Numbered from the whole stretch's first letter, positions 23,190 to 35,174 are shown. The stretch is 63,953 bases of DNA, filler included, from Tortispora ganteri (GCA_003707115.1; 21 parts of 21 records of this genome joined end to end with filler, not necessarily neighbours in it), one strand, 5' to 3'. Translations and numbers: made by a program. The notes: generated by a model not told the origin, from the sequence alone.

Positions 23190-23615
23190 GACGCTGGATA
23201 CCGTCATAGATATTCTCCATAAGACCGGGACCGAGTTCTACCGAGAGAGGTTTTCCAGTGCGAAGCACGGGATCTCCCACAGTGAGACCAGCAGTTTCCT
23301 CGTATACCTGAATGGTGGCCTTATCACCTTCGATACGGATGACTTCGCCCACGAGATTGTCGTGGCCTACACGGACCAATTCGTACATAGCGCAACCAAT
23401 CATGTCTTGAGCAATCACTACAGGTCCAGACACCGAAAATACAGAACCGTAGTGGCTTTCCTTATCGCCATTGAGCTTCGACATCTCCTTGCGGGCCTTT
23501 TCCATAGCGCCAGCCTAAAAGAACACGGGTTAGCGATGTTGTTATGGCAAATTGATAGCATAAAAAGTGAATTAAGGAAAAATAAGCCTTAATTAAGTAC
23601 AATTCTACTTACCAT
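23190..23615 (-). CDS. VMA1: V-ATPase catalytic subunit A, 5' part; exon 1 is ATG only (23613-23615), intron 23515-23612
   Basis: ATG|GTAAGT...GCTAAC...TTTTAG|GCTGGCGCT restores [53 protein letters not shown]. Confidence 0.95.
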
Positions 23616-23827
23616 TTTGAGATTCTTAAGTTATTGTTCGACAGAAGAGCTTTATGAAGTGGTGGTGAATCTGCACTTAACGAACACAAAAATGGCCGAT
23701 AAGTTGTTAAGTTTCGAAAGCTGTGTGGTTCCGCCACATAATAGTAAGCCTGCATGAGCGTTAGAGAATTCCTATTGGTTAAGATTATGTTGTCATGGCA
23801 ATTTGTGCAGGTCACAAGAAGGAGATC

Positions 23828-24366
23828 TGTTGGAGAACTACCCGAATAGGGTAATGTAGCTTAGGGTTTTGAGCGCAATGAGAGAAACTACGTGTAGATA
23901 CGTGAAGTATTAGAAAGAGGTAAACCTTGATCAGTAATAAGATCTGGGCTAAAAACCTCTTGTCGTACAATATTCTTGATAATGTAACTGTCTTAACAAT
24001 GCAGATGTATTGCACTGCAGGGAAGCGGTCTGTGTATTATGCTTAGACTTTGGTCTGAAGCTTGTCACTATACGCTGGTTGACTGTTTAGAGACTGTTGT
24101 CTGTCTGCCTTGATCAGGGGCAGATGGACGTCTATTTATCATGTTCGTGGGATTTGTAAAATCACGTCACGTATGTTAATTACCTCGTTATTTGAGGTAT
24201 ATAAGCCCAATTGGGGTCTTCTATGCGTGATATGGAAGAGCTTTAGGAGAAAGCTACCGCATTTGTAATATGAGCGGTTTTATCTTTATTATGAAGGTTG
24301 GGAAAAAGAACTAGTACTAGGTTTTACGGTTTGGGAACTTGTGCCCTTGACAACCGTCTTCCAACA
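23828..24366 (-). repeat. 3' LTR, 539 bp, termini TGTTGG...CCAACA
   Basis: Inverted 6-bp termini; boundaries independently confirmed by filled/empty comparisons at 44110 and 52758. Confidence 0.95.
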
Positions 24367-24375
24367 CTCCCTCTC
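24367..24375 (-). promoter_or_regulatory. Polypurine tract (GAGAGGGAG) priming plus-strand synthesis
   Basis: Purine run immediately 5' of the LTR TG on the minus strand. Confidence 0.85.
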
Positions 24376-24498
24376 AAGACAACATTATTGCTTTTGATAA
24401 AATGAAAAACAACAGAATAATTTGTATTGAATGTACTTGAGAACTGAATAATAAAGGATCACTTTTCCTGGTTTTGCTCGATTCCATTACCACGTGAA

Positions 24499-26258
24499 TC
24501 ACTTGTTTGGTCGAGTAAGAAGTTTGCGCAATTGACCCAAATGTTCGTGTCGTGGCAGTGCTTTAGTCAATACGTCGGCGAGTTGGAGCTCCGATTGAAT
24601 GTAATGCAACGAGACGTCTTTTCGTTGTGCGAATTCTCGAACCGCGTAGACTTTCACATCAATGTGCTTCATCTTTGAGCGATTGAAGTCACCTTTAATA
24701 GCTGCAATGCAGGCTTGATTGTCTTCATAAAGTGCAACGCCTTCAGGATGATGTATCCCTATTTCAGATAGCTTTCGTTTAAGATAAACGGCTTCAATGG
24801 CGGCTGAAGATATAGCAATGTATTCTGCATGCGCTGTGGCAAGTGCAGTAACTTTTTGCTTGACTGAGGCCCAAGCTATGGGGCCGCCAGCTTGAAGTAA
24901 GACCCACCCTGTGGTAGATTTGCAATCCGTGCGATTTTGATAACTGGCATCAGCATATCCATGTATGTGCTCATCGGCTCCATACTTGTAGAGTATACCA
25001 TGGTCTTTTGTATGTTTAAGATATTGAAAGATTCGTTTGACTGCGTTCCAGTGTGCTTTGGTAGGACAAGTAGAGAAGGATGCAAGAGCATTTACAGAAA
25101 ATGCTATGTCAGGACGAGTGAGGTTTGTAAGAAACATCAGTGTCCCTATTGCACTTCTGAACTCATTGAAGTCCTCATTTGGTTGAGGCTTCGTAATAAT
25201 ATCCAGTCCAACAGCCATAGGAGAAGATTTTTCAGCAGCGTCAGTTAATTCGAATCTAGCCAGTGCTCGTTCTATGAAGAAACTTTGAGATATATGAATA
25301 CCGTCTTCGGTGTGTTTGACATTCAGGCTTAAGAACGAGGAGATTGGTTGTTGAATAGATGCCGTATACTTGGAGTTTAGTTGTTGATAGAAGTCAAGGA
25401 TTAAATCCTCAGATTCTGCAATGACAGCAATGTCGTCAACATAGATCACAAGCATAATATTCTTTTTATAAAAGAAGCAATCATCATAGGTGTTCTGAGT
25501 AAAACCCAGTTCTTTGATGGTTTCAACCAATGTTTCATTCCAGCGTCTTGGTGCCTGTTTGAGACCGTACAGAGTTTTCTTGAGTTTGCAGACTCTGTCT
25601 GTTCCGTCTTCGAACCCTTGAGGTTGTTTCATATAAACATTTTCTTCCAGTTTAGCATTGAGAAAGGCTGTCTCGACGTCAATTTGTGCTGTGTACCAAT
25701 TTCTGGAGGCAGCAATTGCAAGGAGCATCCGTACCATAGTATAGGAGGCCACGCTTGCATAAACTTCGTCAAAGTTCAGTCCTTTTATTTGCTGAAAACC
25801 TTTTGCAACGAGTCTAGCTTTGAATTTGTCAAAGACGCCTTCAGCTGTCTCTTTGACTCTGAAGACCCACATGTTATCAATTGGTTTGATGCCTGGAGGA
25901 CATTTGACCAGTTCCCATGTTTCTTTTGCGATCAGGGAAGTTAATTCGCGGTTGCATGCATCGTTCCATTTTTCTCTGAGTAAAGATTTCTGAGCTTGGA
26001 AGATGGACTTAGGGGGGTCTGTTACTTCAGGTAATAAGAGGTACTCATCGACTGCGACTTTGTTTGAGGCTGGATTTGAATTAATTTCTCCTTTCTGAGT
26101 GAAGCCAAGATTTATTGATTCGGTCGATATTTTGCCGATTTTGGGCAGTTTGGACTCGCAAATCATCAAAGCTCCTTTTTCATTGATTCTCCCTCGCTTT
26201 GGTGATGCGGGAGGAGATAAACCGGTGGTGGTGGGTGCAGGCAGAATTCGTATATGCT
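24499..26258 (-). CDS. Copia Pol polyprotein, C-terminal part (RT + RNase H), intact frame, 5'-partial
   Basis: KARLVAKGF.Q, IDVETAFLN, LYGLKQAPR.W, YVDD, TRPDIAF, YADA, YEDNQ, KHID, QLADVLTK; frame open to the contig end. Confidence 0.97.
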
Positions 26259-26358
26259 NNNNNNNNNNNNNNNNNNNNNNNNNNNNNNNNNNNNNNNNNN
26301 NNTTAATTAATTAANNNNNNNNNNNNNNNNNNNNNNNNNNNNNNNNNNNNNNNNNNNN

Positions 26359-28680
26359 TTGCCTACGTCGATCTACAGCAATTCAAGCGCCTTGCCGCCG
26401 ACTTCAGTCTATAGCAACTCGAGTGTCTTACCTACATCGATTTACAGCAACTCTAGCGCCTTGCCAACATCAGCTTACAGCAACTCAAGCGTCTTGCCAA
26501 CGTCGATCTACAGCAACTCGAGCACCTTGCCGACTTCAGTCTACAGCAACTCAAGCGTCTTGCCAACGTCGATCTACAGCAACTCAACTGCCTTGCCTAC
26601 ATCGATTTACAGCAATTCAAGCGCCTTGCCGCCGACTTCAGTCTATAGCAACTCGAGTGTCTTACCTACATCAGCTTACAGCAACTCTAGCGCCTTGCCA
26701 ACATCAGCTTACAGCAACTCAAGCGTCTTGCCAACGTCGATCTACAGCAACTCGAGCACCTTACCTACATCAGCTTACAGCAACTCGAGCGTCTTGCCTA
26801 CGTCGATCTACAGCAATTCAAGCGTCTTGCCAACGTCGATCTACAGCAACTCAAGCGTCTTGCCTACATCGATTTACAGCAATTCAAGCGCCTTGCCGAC
26901 TTCAATCTACAGCAACTCAAGCTCCTTGCCGACTTCAATCTATAGCAACTCAAGCGTCTTGCCAACGTCGATTTACAGTAATTCAAGTGCCTTGCCTACG
27001 TCGATTTACAGCAATTCAAGCGCTTTGCCTACGTCGATTTACAGCAATTCAAGTGCCTTGCCTACGTCGATCTACAGTAATTCAAGCGTCTTGCCAACGT
27101 CGATCTACAGCAACTCGAGTGCCTTGCCGACTTCAATCTATAGCAATTCAAGTGCCTTACCAACGTCGATTTACAGCAACTCAAGCGTCTTGCCGACTTC
27201 AGCTTTTAGCAACTCAAGTGCCTTGCCTACGTCGATTTACAGCAATTCAAGCGCCCTGCCTACTTCAATCTACAGTAATTCAAGTGCCTTGCCTACGTCG
27301 ATTTACAGCAATTCAAGCGCCCTGCCTACTTCAATCTACAGTAATTCAAGTGCCTTGCCTACTTCAATCTACAGCAATTCAAGTGCTTTACCGGTTACTT
27401 CGTCTGACGTCTCGAGCATTCTGTCTTCTTCATCGGTGTTAAGCAACTCGAGCGTTGTACCGACTTCAGCTTTTAGCAACTCAAGTGCCTTGCCTACGTC
27501 GATTTACAGCAATTCAAGTGCTTTACCGGTTACTTCGTCTGACGTCTCGAGCATTCTGTCTTCTTCATCGGTGTTAAGCAACTCGAGCGTTGTACCAACT
27601 TCTAGCTATAACAATTCAAGTGCTTTACCGGTTACTTCGTCTGACGTCTCGAGCATTCTATCTTCTTCATCGGTGTTAAGCAACTCGAGCGTTGTACCAA
27701 CTTCTAGCTATTACAATTCAAGTGCTTTACCGGTTACTTCGTCTGACGTCTCGAGCATTCTATCTTCTTCATCGGTGTTAAGCAACTCGAGCGTTGTACC
27801 AACTTCTAGCTATAGCAATTCAAGTGCTTTACCGGTTACTTCGTCTGACGTCTCGACCATTCTATCTTCTTCATCGGTGTTAAGCAACTCGAGCGTTGTA
27901 CCAACTTCTAGCTATAGCAATTCAAGTGCTTTACCGGTTTCTTCGTCTGACGTCTCGAGCATTCTGTCTTCTTCAACGGTGTTAAGCAACTCGAGCGTCT
28001 TGCCTACTTCAGCTTACAGCAACTCGAGTGCCTTGCCAACGTCGATTTACAGCAACTCAACTGCCTTGCCTACATCGATTTACAGCAACTCAACTGCCTT
28101 GCCTACATCGATTTACAGCAATTCAAGCGCCTTGCCGACTTCAATCTATAGCAACTCAAGCGTCTTGCCAACGTCGATTTACAGCAACTCAACTGCCTTG
28201 CCTACATCGATTTACAGCAACTCGAGTGCCTTGCCAACGTCGATTTACAGCAACTCAAGCGGCTTGCCGACTTCAATCTACAGCAACTCAAGCGGCTTGC
28301 CAACGTCGATCTACAGCAACTCAAGCGCCTTGCCTACGTCGATCTACAGCAATTCAAGCGCCTTGCCTACTTCAATCTATAGCAACTCAACTGCCTTGCC
28401 TACTTCAATTTACAGCAACTCGAGCGTCTTGCCGACTTCATTTTACAGCAACTCGAGCGTCTTGCCGACCTCATTTTACAGCAACTCGAGCTTCTTAGCG
28501 ACATCTACCTACAGCAACTCCAGTCTCTTGTCAACGTCGATTTACAGCAACTCGAGCATCTTACCAACTTTAATTTTTAGCAACTCGAGTGTATCGCCGA
28601 TATCCATTTTCAGCAATTTTAGTTCCTTACCAACATCTTTATCCTCAGTGTACAAGAACTCCAGTATCTTGTCAAGCTAA
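26359..28680 (+). CDS. Ser-rich mucin/flocculin-like stalk built of 11-aa (33-bp) and 34-aa (102-bp) repeats; 5'-partial, no GPI tail
   Basis: (LPTSIYSNSSA)n with an NSS/NST sequon in nearly every unit; six 102-bp units at about 27370-27990. Confidence 0.8.
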   Translation: MPTSIYSNSSALPPTSVYSNSSVLPTSIYSNSSALPTSAYSNSSVLPTSIYSNSSTLPTSVYSNSSVLPTSIYSNSTALPTSIYSNSSALPPTSVYSNSSVLPTSAYSNSSALPTSAYSNSSVLPTSIYSNSSTLPTSAYSNSSVLPTSIYSNSSVLPTSIYSNSSVLPTSIYSNSSALPTSIYSNSSSLPTSIYSNSSVLPTSIYSNSSALPTSIYSNSSALPTSIYSNSSALPTSIYSNSSVLPTSIYSNSSALPTSIYSNSSALPTSIYSNSSVLPTSAFSNSSALPTSIYSNSSALPTSIYSNSSALPTSIYSNSSALPTSIYSNSSALPTSIYSNSSALPVTSSDVSSILSSSSVLSNSSVVPTSAFSNSSALPTSIYSNSSALPVTSSDVSSILSSSSVLSNSSVVPTSSYNNSSALPVTSSDVSSILSSSSVLSNSSVVPTSSYYNSSALPVTSSDVSSILSSSSVLSNSSVVPTSSYSNSSALPVTSSDVSTILSSSSVLSNSSVVPTSSYSNSSALPVSSSDVSSILSSSTVLSNSSVLPTSAYSNSSALPTSIYSNSTALPTSIYSNSTALPTSIYSNSSALPTSIYSNSSVLPTSIYSNSTALPTSIYSNSSALPTSIYSNSSGLPTSIYSNSSGLPTSIYSNSSALPTSIYSNSSALPTSIYSNSTALPTSIYSNSSVLPTSFYSNSSVLPTSFYSNSSFLATSTYSNSSLLSTSIYSNSSILPTLIFSNSSVSPISIFSNFSSLPTSLSSVYKNSSILSS

Positions 28681-30143
28681 ATATTTTGGTCTACAGGAAT
28701 ACTAGTATCTTGGTAACATCGTCATCTTAGAACTCAAACGTTGTTGCATCTACTTCGACATTCAGCAACCTCTTTGTATCGCCCGACATCTATTTTAAGC
28801 AATTCTAGCTTAATGGCTGGAAAGAGCACAAGCTCAACTTGAGTTCTCTTTTGTAAGCACGCTGTCTCACCATAAGCCTGCAGACTTGCGGGCGGTCATT
28901 CGATATTACTGTACAATATTTTGCGAACAGCAAAAACGTTAGCATGCAATTTCAATGCCAGATGCTCGTTAGATGGTTGATTTTTTTTCTTCATTCTTTT
29001 CGTTCTTTTCACTCTTTTCTTTTTATCATTTTTTCTACTAATTTTTTTTTCCAACGAATCCGTGCCGATGCGCAATGATCGGAGGCAGTTTACTATTTCG
29101 ATATATTACCCGATATGGGATTTAAGTTTTTAGAGTTTTTTTTCTTCAGGCCCAATCTGTAATCTCTGCTCACAACCATTCCCTTCTTTTACCAACACTT
29201 TAGCGACCATCTACCCCGTAGTAAACGCAAATAAACAAGCCAATAAAAGGCAACATTTTAAATAGATCTGTTTTTGGTATTGTATGGTTGCCAAAGTGGT
29301 CTGAATTTACCCGCATTGGTCCCGATTTGTGCCCATATTCTTCGTTCAAAAAAACATTTAGACCTCCGAACAAACAGAAATAAGTCCGACCACCCAGAAA
29401 TAACAAAGAGCGTTGATTCGANNNNNNNNNNNNNNNNNNNNNNNNNNNNNNNNNNNNNNNNNNNNTTAATTAATTAANNNNNNNNNNNNNNNNNNNNNNN
29501 NNNNNNNNNNNNNNNNNNNNNTAGGGGGGGGAGGGGGCGCAAGAGAAGGGGCGGTGGGAGAGAGGCGTATAGCTGCCGAACAAGGACCCCTACTGGTCAA
29601 GGGAATTTCATTTTCATTCAGTTAATAATGTTTTATCACTGATTAAAGAGTACACACATTCTATGCAATTAGGTCAAATACATAAGTATATATTAATTAG
29701 ACGCAATATTGGCTCATTAACGGAGTGACATACTTTTTTCATTATATTTAATACACATTAGTTTCCACCGGTGTTACGCTTTAAAGTTAAAGTTTGACAT
29801 AACTTAATTGATCCTTACGATATCATCGTCTCACATAAGCATCACCAATAATTCTTAGATACACGAAAGGGTTCACGATAAAGGGTTCAAAACTAATAAT
29901 ATAGATACCCTTGCACTTATTTCTGTTATTTACAGTCAGATATATAAGCGCACTCTCGCTCTTATTCTCAAATATTCTAACTTATCCTTACATCTTCACA
30001 CATTCGAAACATACCTGAATCACTCTAATTTGCACGCTAGGACATAGGCAGCGAAGAACAAGGACATTATAACCTCAAATTAGCACAAAAAGACCAGCAA
30101 ACTTTTGGAATACTTGTTAAAACTTTCCCGAGACAATCCCGCC

Positions 30144-31679
30144 ATGGCTAAATGCAAAATCTATCACTCTCATGAACAAGATAAAGATCTTTCCGTGTTA
30201 GTAGATCATTTTTATAGCCATGAAAACAAACAATTATTATCCAGTAAACCTCATATTATGTCGCCAAGTACGTCATACACGTCGAATGCGACAACTTCTC
30301 AAGGATCATCGTACAGTTTTCCAGAAAGCGCCCGTACACAGCTCATCGAGCAGCTGGAAGCGACCAATTTATCAACACAGTCTCTGAATAGCATAATCGG
30401 ATTCACTTTGAGCACAAGGCAAAATGAAGATGAACAACTTAAATACGATTTGCTCAAAACTGCAGTTCACAGTAATAACTCAAAGTTGGAAATGGTCCAG
30501 GATGAATGGAAGAGCTATTTTGAGTCATTCAACGATGAATTGAATAACACTTTTGGCACAGGAGTGACAGATTACTCCTCCATATTAGTAAACCCCGGGT
30601 TTTCACAGCCGATTGTTCAGATTCCTGAACAGGTACCGGTATTCAATGAGAACGTTTGGACTTCACACTCAAAGCCAGCCTCTCCGTCCGTTAGTCCTCG
30701 CACAATTGAACAAAAAAACAACCAAAAGAAAAGTACATTAACATCTTCATCAAGAAAGAATATGAAAGTTTCTAAGAAAAAACCAGTTCCTAACCGAACA
30801 TTCAGAAAAAGATCAAATTCAACTCCTGCAGTTATGATGCAATCAAAAGGAATAGAGCCAAATGTAAGAGTCGCAAAACCTACACACAACCGGATCGCAA
30901 GAATACAGAGGAGGAATGCATACAATCCGATGATTATTGAACATGAAAAAATGCGCAGTGTAGACAAGGTATACGCACATGAAGCGAGGAGCGCATATGA
31001 AGCAAGACTTGCATTAGAAGAGGATCGTCTTTATGAACAGTCCCGTATCTATGAAGAGAAAAGAGCATTAGAGATGGAATTGAAAATGTCATATGACAGA
31101 AGGAATGTCCAAGAAATGACAATGAGACAAACATATAATGACATTCGCGGTCAAAATGACATTCATATAAAAGAAGAGATGTTGATAAGACAACAGCAAC
31201 AGCAGCAACAACATCATCAGCAGCAACTCCAACTCCAACGTCAACGTCAAATTCATCAACATCAGCAGCAACAACGATTTCGGTCACAACATCGACAGCC
31301 GCATGATCCTGTATCAATAGCACCCCATAATAGTCAGCAATGGCTAATTAGAAACATTCCAGCAGAACAATGTGGAAGACTGAATGACGGTATTTCTGAT
31401 GCATTTCAACCCGCAACCAAACTGGTACAGAGGTCTGATAATCTCGCAAATGCTAAATTTAGAGAGAACTGCAATAAGCTACCTATATCTTCACAAGGAA
31501 ATACACATTTTCCAGTACAGCAAGTGAGGCAGACAGAATGGATTGAGGATTCATACGATGGGACATTATTCGCAGGTCTTTTACTTGAAGAATGCCAGAA
31601 ACATCAGGTAGGTATGAGAAAGAGCCAGGAGCATTCAGAAGGTGACCAAATCGCTGCTCAAATATCAATTGCCGAGTGA
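30144..31679 (+). CDS. Hypothetical Gln-rich, probably nuclear protein
   Basis: About 510-aa ORF with basic patch, coiled coil and polyQ; TATA-like TATATAAG at 29941. Confidence 0.7.
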   Translation: MAKCKIYHSHEQDKDLSVLVDHFYSHENKQLLSSKPHIMSPSTSYTSNATTSQGSSYSFPESARTQLIEQLEATNLSTQSLNSIIGFTLSTRQNEDEQLKYDLLKTAVHSNNSKLEMVQDEWKSYFESFNDELNNTFGTGVTDYSSILVNPGFSQPIVQIPEQVPVFNENVWTSHSKPASPSVSPRTIEQKNNQKKSTLTSSSRKNMKVSKKKPVPNRTFRKRSNSTPAVMMQSKGIEPNVRVAKPTHNRIARIQRRNAYNPMIIEHEKMRSVDKVYAHEARSAYEARLALEEDRLYEQSRIYEEKRALEMELKMSYDRRNVQEMTMRQTYNDIRGQNDIHIKEEMLIRQQQQQQQHHQQQLQLQRQRQIHQHQQQQRFRSQHRQPHDPVSIAPHNSQQWLIRNIPAEQCGRLNDGISDAFQPATKLVQRSDNLANAKFRENCNKLPISSQGNTHFPVQQVRQTEWIEDSYDGTLFAGLLLEECQKHQVGMRKSQEHSEGDQIAAQISIAE

Positions 31680-32475
31680 GTTTTTTGCTGCGAAAGAATA
31701 ATATCAGATGATTGTATGAGGCGTAATTCAGCTCTAGACATCCGGGCAACTTTAGCATCAATAGGATCAGGGATAGGATCTTTTGGCAGAGGAGGCATCA
31801 TACTCAGTGTTCGATCCAGAATTGCTTTTAGCGTGCTGATGGCCAACTCACATACTTCTTTCAAAGAACCGGAGTTGCTGTTTGGATCATGACACATGTT
31901 GTAGAATCCGTCAGTAAGTAAAGCAGCTAGCAAGTCGCCAGTACCAGAAAAGTAAGTATCATAAAAGCTTAAAGGTATAATAAAGGATTTACCATTACTT
32001 GACATTGCAGCTAAAAAAAAGTAAAAGTCATTATCGGGGACATTAGGCCGAATGTCGATGGAAGTTATCACGATATTAGGCGTACCATAAGCTTTACGTA
32101 TACCATGTAGGACTTTAAGAGCCGAACCAACATCTGTAATGCTAATTGTGCGGTCCAAAAGTACTTCAGCCTCCAGCTGATTCGGCACGATCAGAGATGC
32201 GTGGCTAATAAGCTGCTTATAGACAGGAATTGTTGATTCGGCGACGTACAGATTACCGTTATCGCCCATGACTGGATCGACTACTAAGCAGATTTCTGGT
32301 TTGAGTTGTTTGAGGGATTGGACAAGTTCTAGAACTACAACAAGAGCTTCGCTTCCTGGCATATAACCAGTCAATATAGCCTCATAGGAGTTTAGATGAC
32401 TTGTTTGTAGGGCTTCAAGGATACTACGGATCAGATCTGGCGATGCCTTTTCACCTGCGAACCTTCCGTAACCGG
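31658..32475 (-). CDS. BUD16: Pyridoxal kinase (Bud16/Bud17 family), 5'-partial
   Basis: GYGRFAG, LTGYMP, VDPVMGDNG.LYV, PNQLEAE.L, FSGTGDL, ELRLIQS. Confidence 0.85.
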
Positions 32476-32575
32476 NNNNNNNNNNNNNNNNNNNNNNNNN
32501 NNNNNNNNNNNNNNNNNNNTTAATTAATTAANNNNNNNNNNNNNNNNNNNNNNNNNNNNNNNNNNNNNNNNNNNN

Positions 32576-33002
32576 CCGCAGACAGCGCCACCGTCCAGAA
32601 AATGAATCCACGGCGCTGCACGATTGGGCCTGACATCGCCTTCGTTGGTGTTAATACTTTTAGTTGGTAGAGAATATTCAGCCCGTCGTGCGTAAAATAC
32701 AACGCCATGCCTAGCTGGCGCAATAGCACAGAGTAACGCAAAAGTGGGTCGCCTTGTTTGTTGTCGAGCGCCTTCGCCGCAAGCTGCAAATGCGACAATG
32801 GTTTACCCAGACGAAATATCTTGCGCGACATAGCGAGCTGACCCATAAGCGTCCGCCATCGCGCTGCCTGCGCAGGATCGAGCGCCAACAGTAATCGCGC
32901 CACATACTGCGCAAGACGCACAAGTTTGTCACGGCCTTGCGCCCGATTCAAAAATCGCACAAGCTGCGTATAAATAGGATGGTAAACAATAGCTTCTTTC
33001 AT
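32576..33002 (-). CDS. PEX11: Peroxisomal membrane protein Pex11, 3'-partial
   Basis: VYHP...LVRFL, GRDKLVRLAQY.AR, SRKIFRLGK. Confidence 0.92.
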
Positions 33003-33167
33003 GAATTCTGGTCCAAAAGGTGTGCCTCGGTAGAGAAAGAATCAAAAATCTGGGGTTGAGATGTGCGCCCACTCAAGGAGAACCCCTTTTCCACTACTGG
33101 TTGTCATGTGATTGGCCGTTGAGCCGCGGGGCTCCCAGTCTGCTTCAGTCTGCTTCAGCCAAAAATA

Positions 33168-33866
33168 ATGCTTGTCGGCATTAGCGGCGCCACCAGCAGC
33201 GGCAAGTCGACTATCGTGAAAATACTCAGTCAGTTGCTGAAAAACGTTACTGTGATCCATCAGGACGACTTCTACAAATCCGACGATGAGATACCTGTGC
33301 ACAATGGGATCGCGGATTGGGATTGCAAGGAGGCTATCAAGGTCGATGAGCTCTATGACGTCTTGGCTGAAGCTCGAGCAACAGGGAATGTGAAAGATCA
33401 TACGTCATTCGAGGGCAAACTAGATAAGTTTAGTGAACTGTTAAACGACCACGAACTGCAACTCCTTGCTGCAAAGGTCAATGCACAAATAGACAAGAAC
33501 AATACCAAAATAATTATAGTTGATGGTTTTATGCTCTACTTAGACGACCGATTCCTCAATCTATTTGACAAAAAATATCTGGTATATGCACCATACCACG
33601 TTTTGAAGGCTCGAAGAGAAAACAGAAAGGGATACTATACTGAACAAGGATTCTGGGAAGACCCCAAAGGATACTTTGACACGATCGTGTGGCCAGCATA
33701 TGTTAAAGAAAACGGCAAATATTTCAAAGACCCCTTGAACTGTACAGGTGGACGCAGTGCGTATTCTGAAGATAATGGTGTAGTTCTCTTGTTCAGTGAA
33801 CAAGATGGTATTAAGGCCATTATCGCGCACATCTTGAAGGACCTGTCGAGTATCCTAGAAATTTGA
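33168..33866 (+). CDS. NRK1: Nicotinamide riboside kinase
   Basis: GISGATSSGKST P-loop, IHQDDFYK, DWDC, VDGFML, RR..R.GY, FWEDP.GYF...VWP. Confidence 0.92.
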   Translation: MLVGISGATSSGKSTIVKILSQLLKNVTVIHQDDFYKSDDEIPVHNGIADWDCKEAIKVDELYDVLAEARATGNVKDHTSFEGKLDKFSELLNDHELQLLAAKVNAQIDKNNTKIIIVDGFMLYLDDRFLNLFDKKYLVYAPYHVLKARRENRKGYYTEQGFWEDPKGYFDTIVWPAYVKENGKYFKDPLNCTGGRSAYSEDNGVVLLFSEQDGIKAIIAHILKDLSSILEI

Positions 33867-33928
33867 ATTAAGTGTGCCACCAAACGTACCGGTATGTCAA
33901 TTTGAATATCATAGTTCCCTCTATAACT

Positions 33929-34894
33929 CTATACCGGAGTGGGTTCAGAAAGATTAACTAAAAGTTGGTTCAAACACCTTTTGGTGTTGGGGTCATCACG
34001 CAGCACCGGGGAGAAAAAGCCAGTTCGAAGCTGCTCCGGAAGGCACTGCCTAAGGGCTTCACGCGCGCGTGGATTGTCGGACAAACGCAAATAGCATCTA
34101 ACAACGTGTTTTAATAAACGAGGAGCTGGTTCTTCGACTAATTGGGTAATCATGTTAGCCAACACTGTACCTACAGCATAAAATCGCTCGTAGGACTGGC
34201 AAACGTATGCGAGCCCCATATCGCTTAATAGTATTTTTTGAACAACGAAAATCGCAACAGTCTTGGACAGTTCGGAACCGAATTCCATTATTCGCAAAGC
34301 TAGCGGAATGACTTCGGTAGAAAGTAAAAAGTCTATAACAGCAGGGGAATCGTTCTTGACGAGCGCGCCAATTACCCCTAAAGAGGTTAATCTAAGGTAT
34401 TCAAACTGTTTCGATTTAGAGGTAGTATTGAGAAATGGATAGAGATATAGCGGTAAATGAGCCTCAAGGAATGGCACTTTTGTTTCGGGGTGTGATGCCA
34501 CACATTGTAAAAGACTAAGACAATTACATACTCTATTCGCAGCTTGTACTGACAAGTTCTGCGTAGCTAGTGCTGGGTATATCGAGAGCATTTCGTCAAG
34601 TAAGATAGTCATTATGCCGAATCCATTCCATAAAAATAACGCTAAATCTTCGTATTGTTCCCGCCTCTTTCCAAGTTCCAATAGTGCATGATCCCTAGTC
34701 GATTCATTATAAAGGTCAGCGAGCCATTCATAGACCTGAGGATCGTCTCTGACCAGCATAGTTGCGCCAGGTCCAGATCCCTGCGCGGGTACCTGTGCCA
34801 TCCCAGGACCATTACTAGGTTTCCGATTAGCCACTGGTTCGGAAATGTATGATCTATCAGCCCATTCTGCTGCAAATCCAGCAGGTTGCGCCAT
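33929..34894 (-). CDS. CAF40: CCR4-NOT subunit Caf40/Not9 (Rcd1)
   Basis: [59 protein letters not shown]. Confidence 0.96.
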   Translation of the reverse strand: MAQPAGFAAEWADRSYISEPVANRKPSNGPGMAQVPAQGSGPGATMLVRDDPQVYEWLADLYNESTRDHALLELGKRREQYEDLALFLWNGFGIMTILLDEMLSIYPALATQNLSVQAANRVCNCLSLLQCVASHPETKVPFLEAHLPLYLYPFLNTTSKSKQFEYLRLTSLGVIGALVKNDSPAVIDFLLSTEVIPLALRIMEFGSELSKTVAIFVVQKILLSDMGLAYVCQSYERFYAVGTVLANMITQLVEEPAPRLLKHVVRCYLRLSDNPRAREALRQCLPEQLRTGFFSPVLRDDPNTKRCLNQLLVNLSEPTPV

Positions 34895-35174
34895 GTTTTG
34901 ATTGCTATGTGAATATAGCAACGTTTGTCACTTTCTAGGTAGGTTTTGGCTATGATCGTTCCGCCAAAATTGACTAGACGAAAACTCTAAATGCCCAAAA
35001 AGCTCTAGGTGCTAATTCTTTACTACACCAAACAACCAATACCACCAAGGACACCCCGAAATCAGAATAAATACTGCTTTACCGTAAATTCAGCACTTTT
35101 TTTCTTCAATTATCTGGTTTTACTCTATTTATACAATACATAGTTGTTAGTATCGAATAACAATTGCCACACAC

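Larger units (their letters stand above)
23828..26258 (-). mobile_element. Ty1/copia LTR retrotransposon, 3' half (integrase C-terminus/linker, RT, RNase H, PPT, 3' LTR)
   Basis: Copia-type RT/RNase H ORF, polypurine tract abutting TGTTGG, complete LTR; related LTRs at 44110 and 52758. Confidence 0.96.

Noticed and set aside
23190..23615. Possible VDE intein/homing endonuclease in VMA1
   Set aside because: The contig ends at about residue 109, well before the intein insertion site; cannot be assessed
26423..28498. Long alternative-frame and antisense ORFs in repeat genes (also 40125-41269, 47270-47643, 54590-55789, 59118-60467)
   Set aside because: By-products of stop-free tandem repeats in Ser-rich genes
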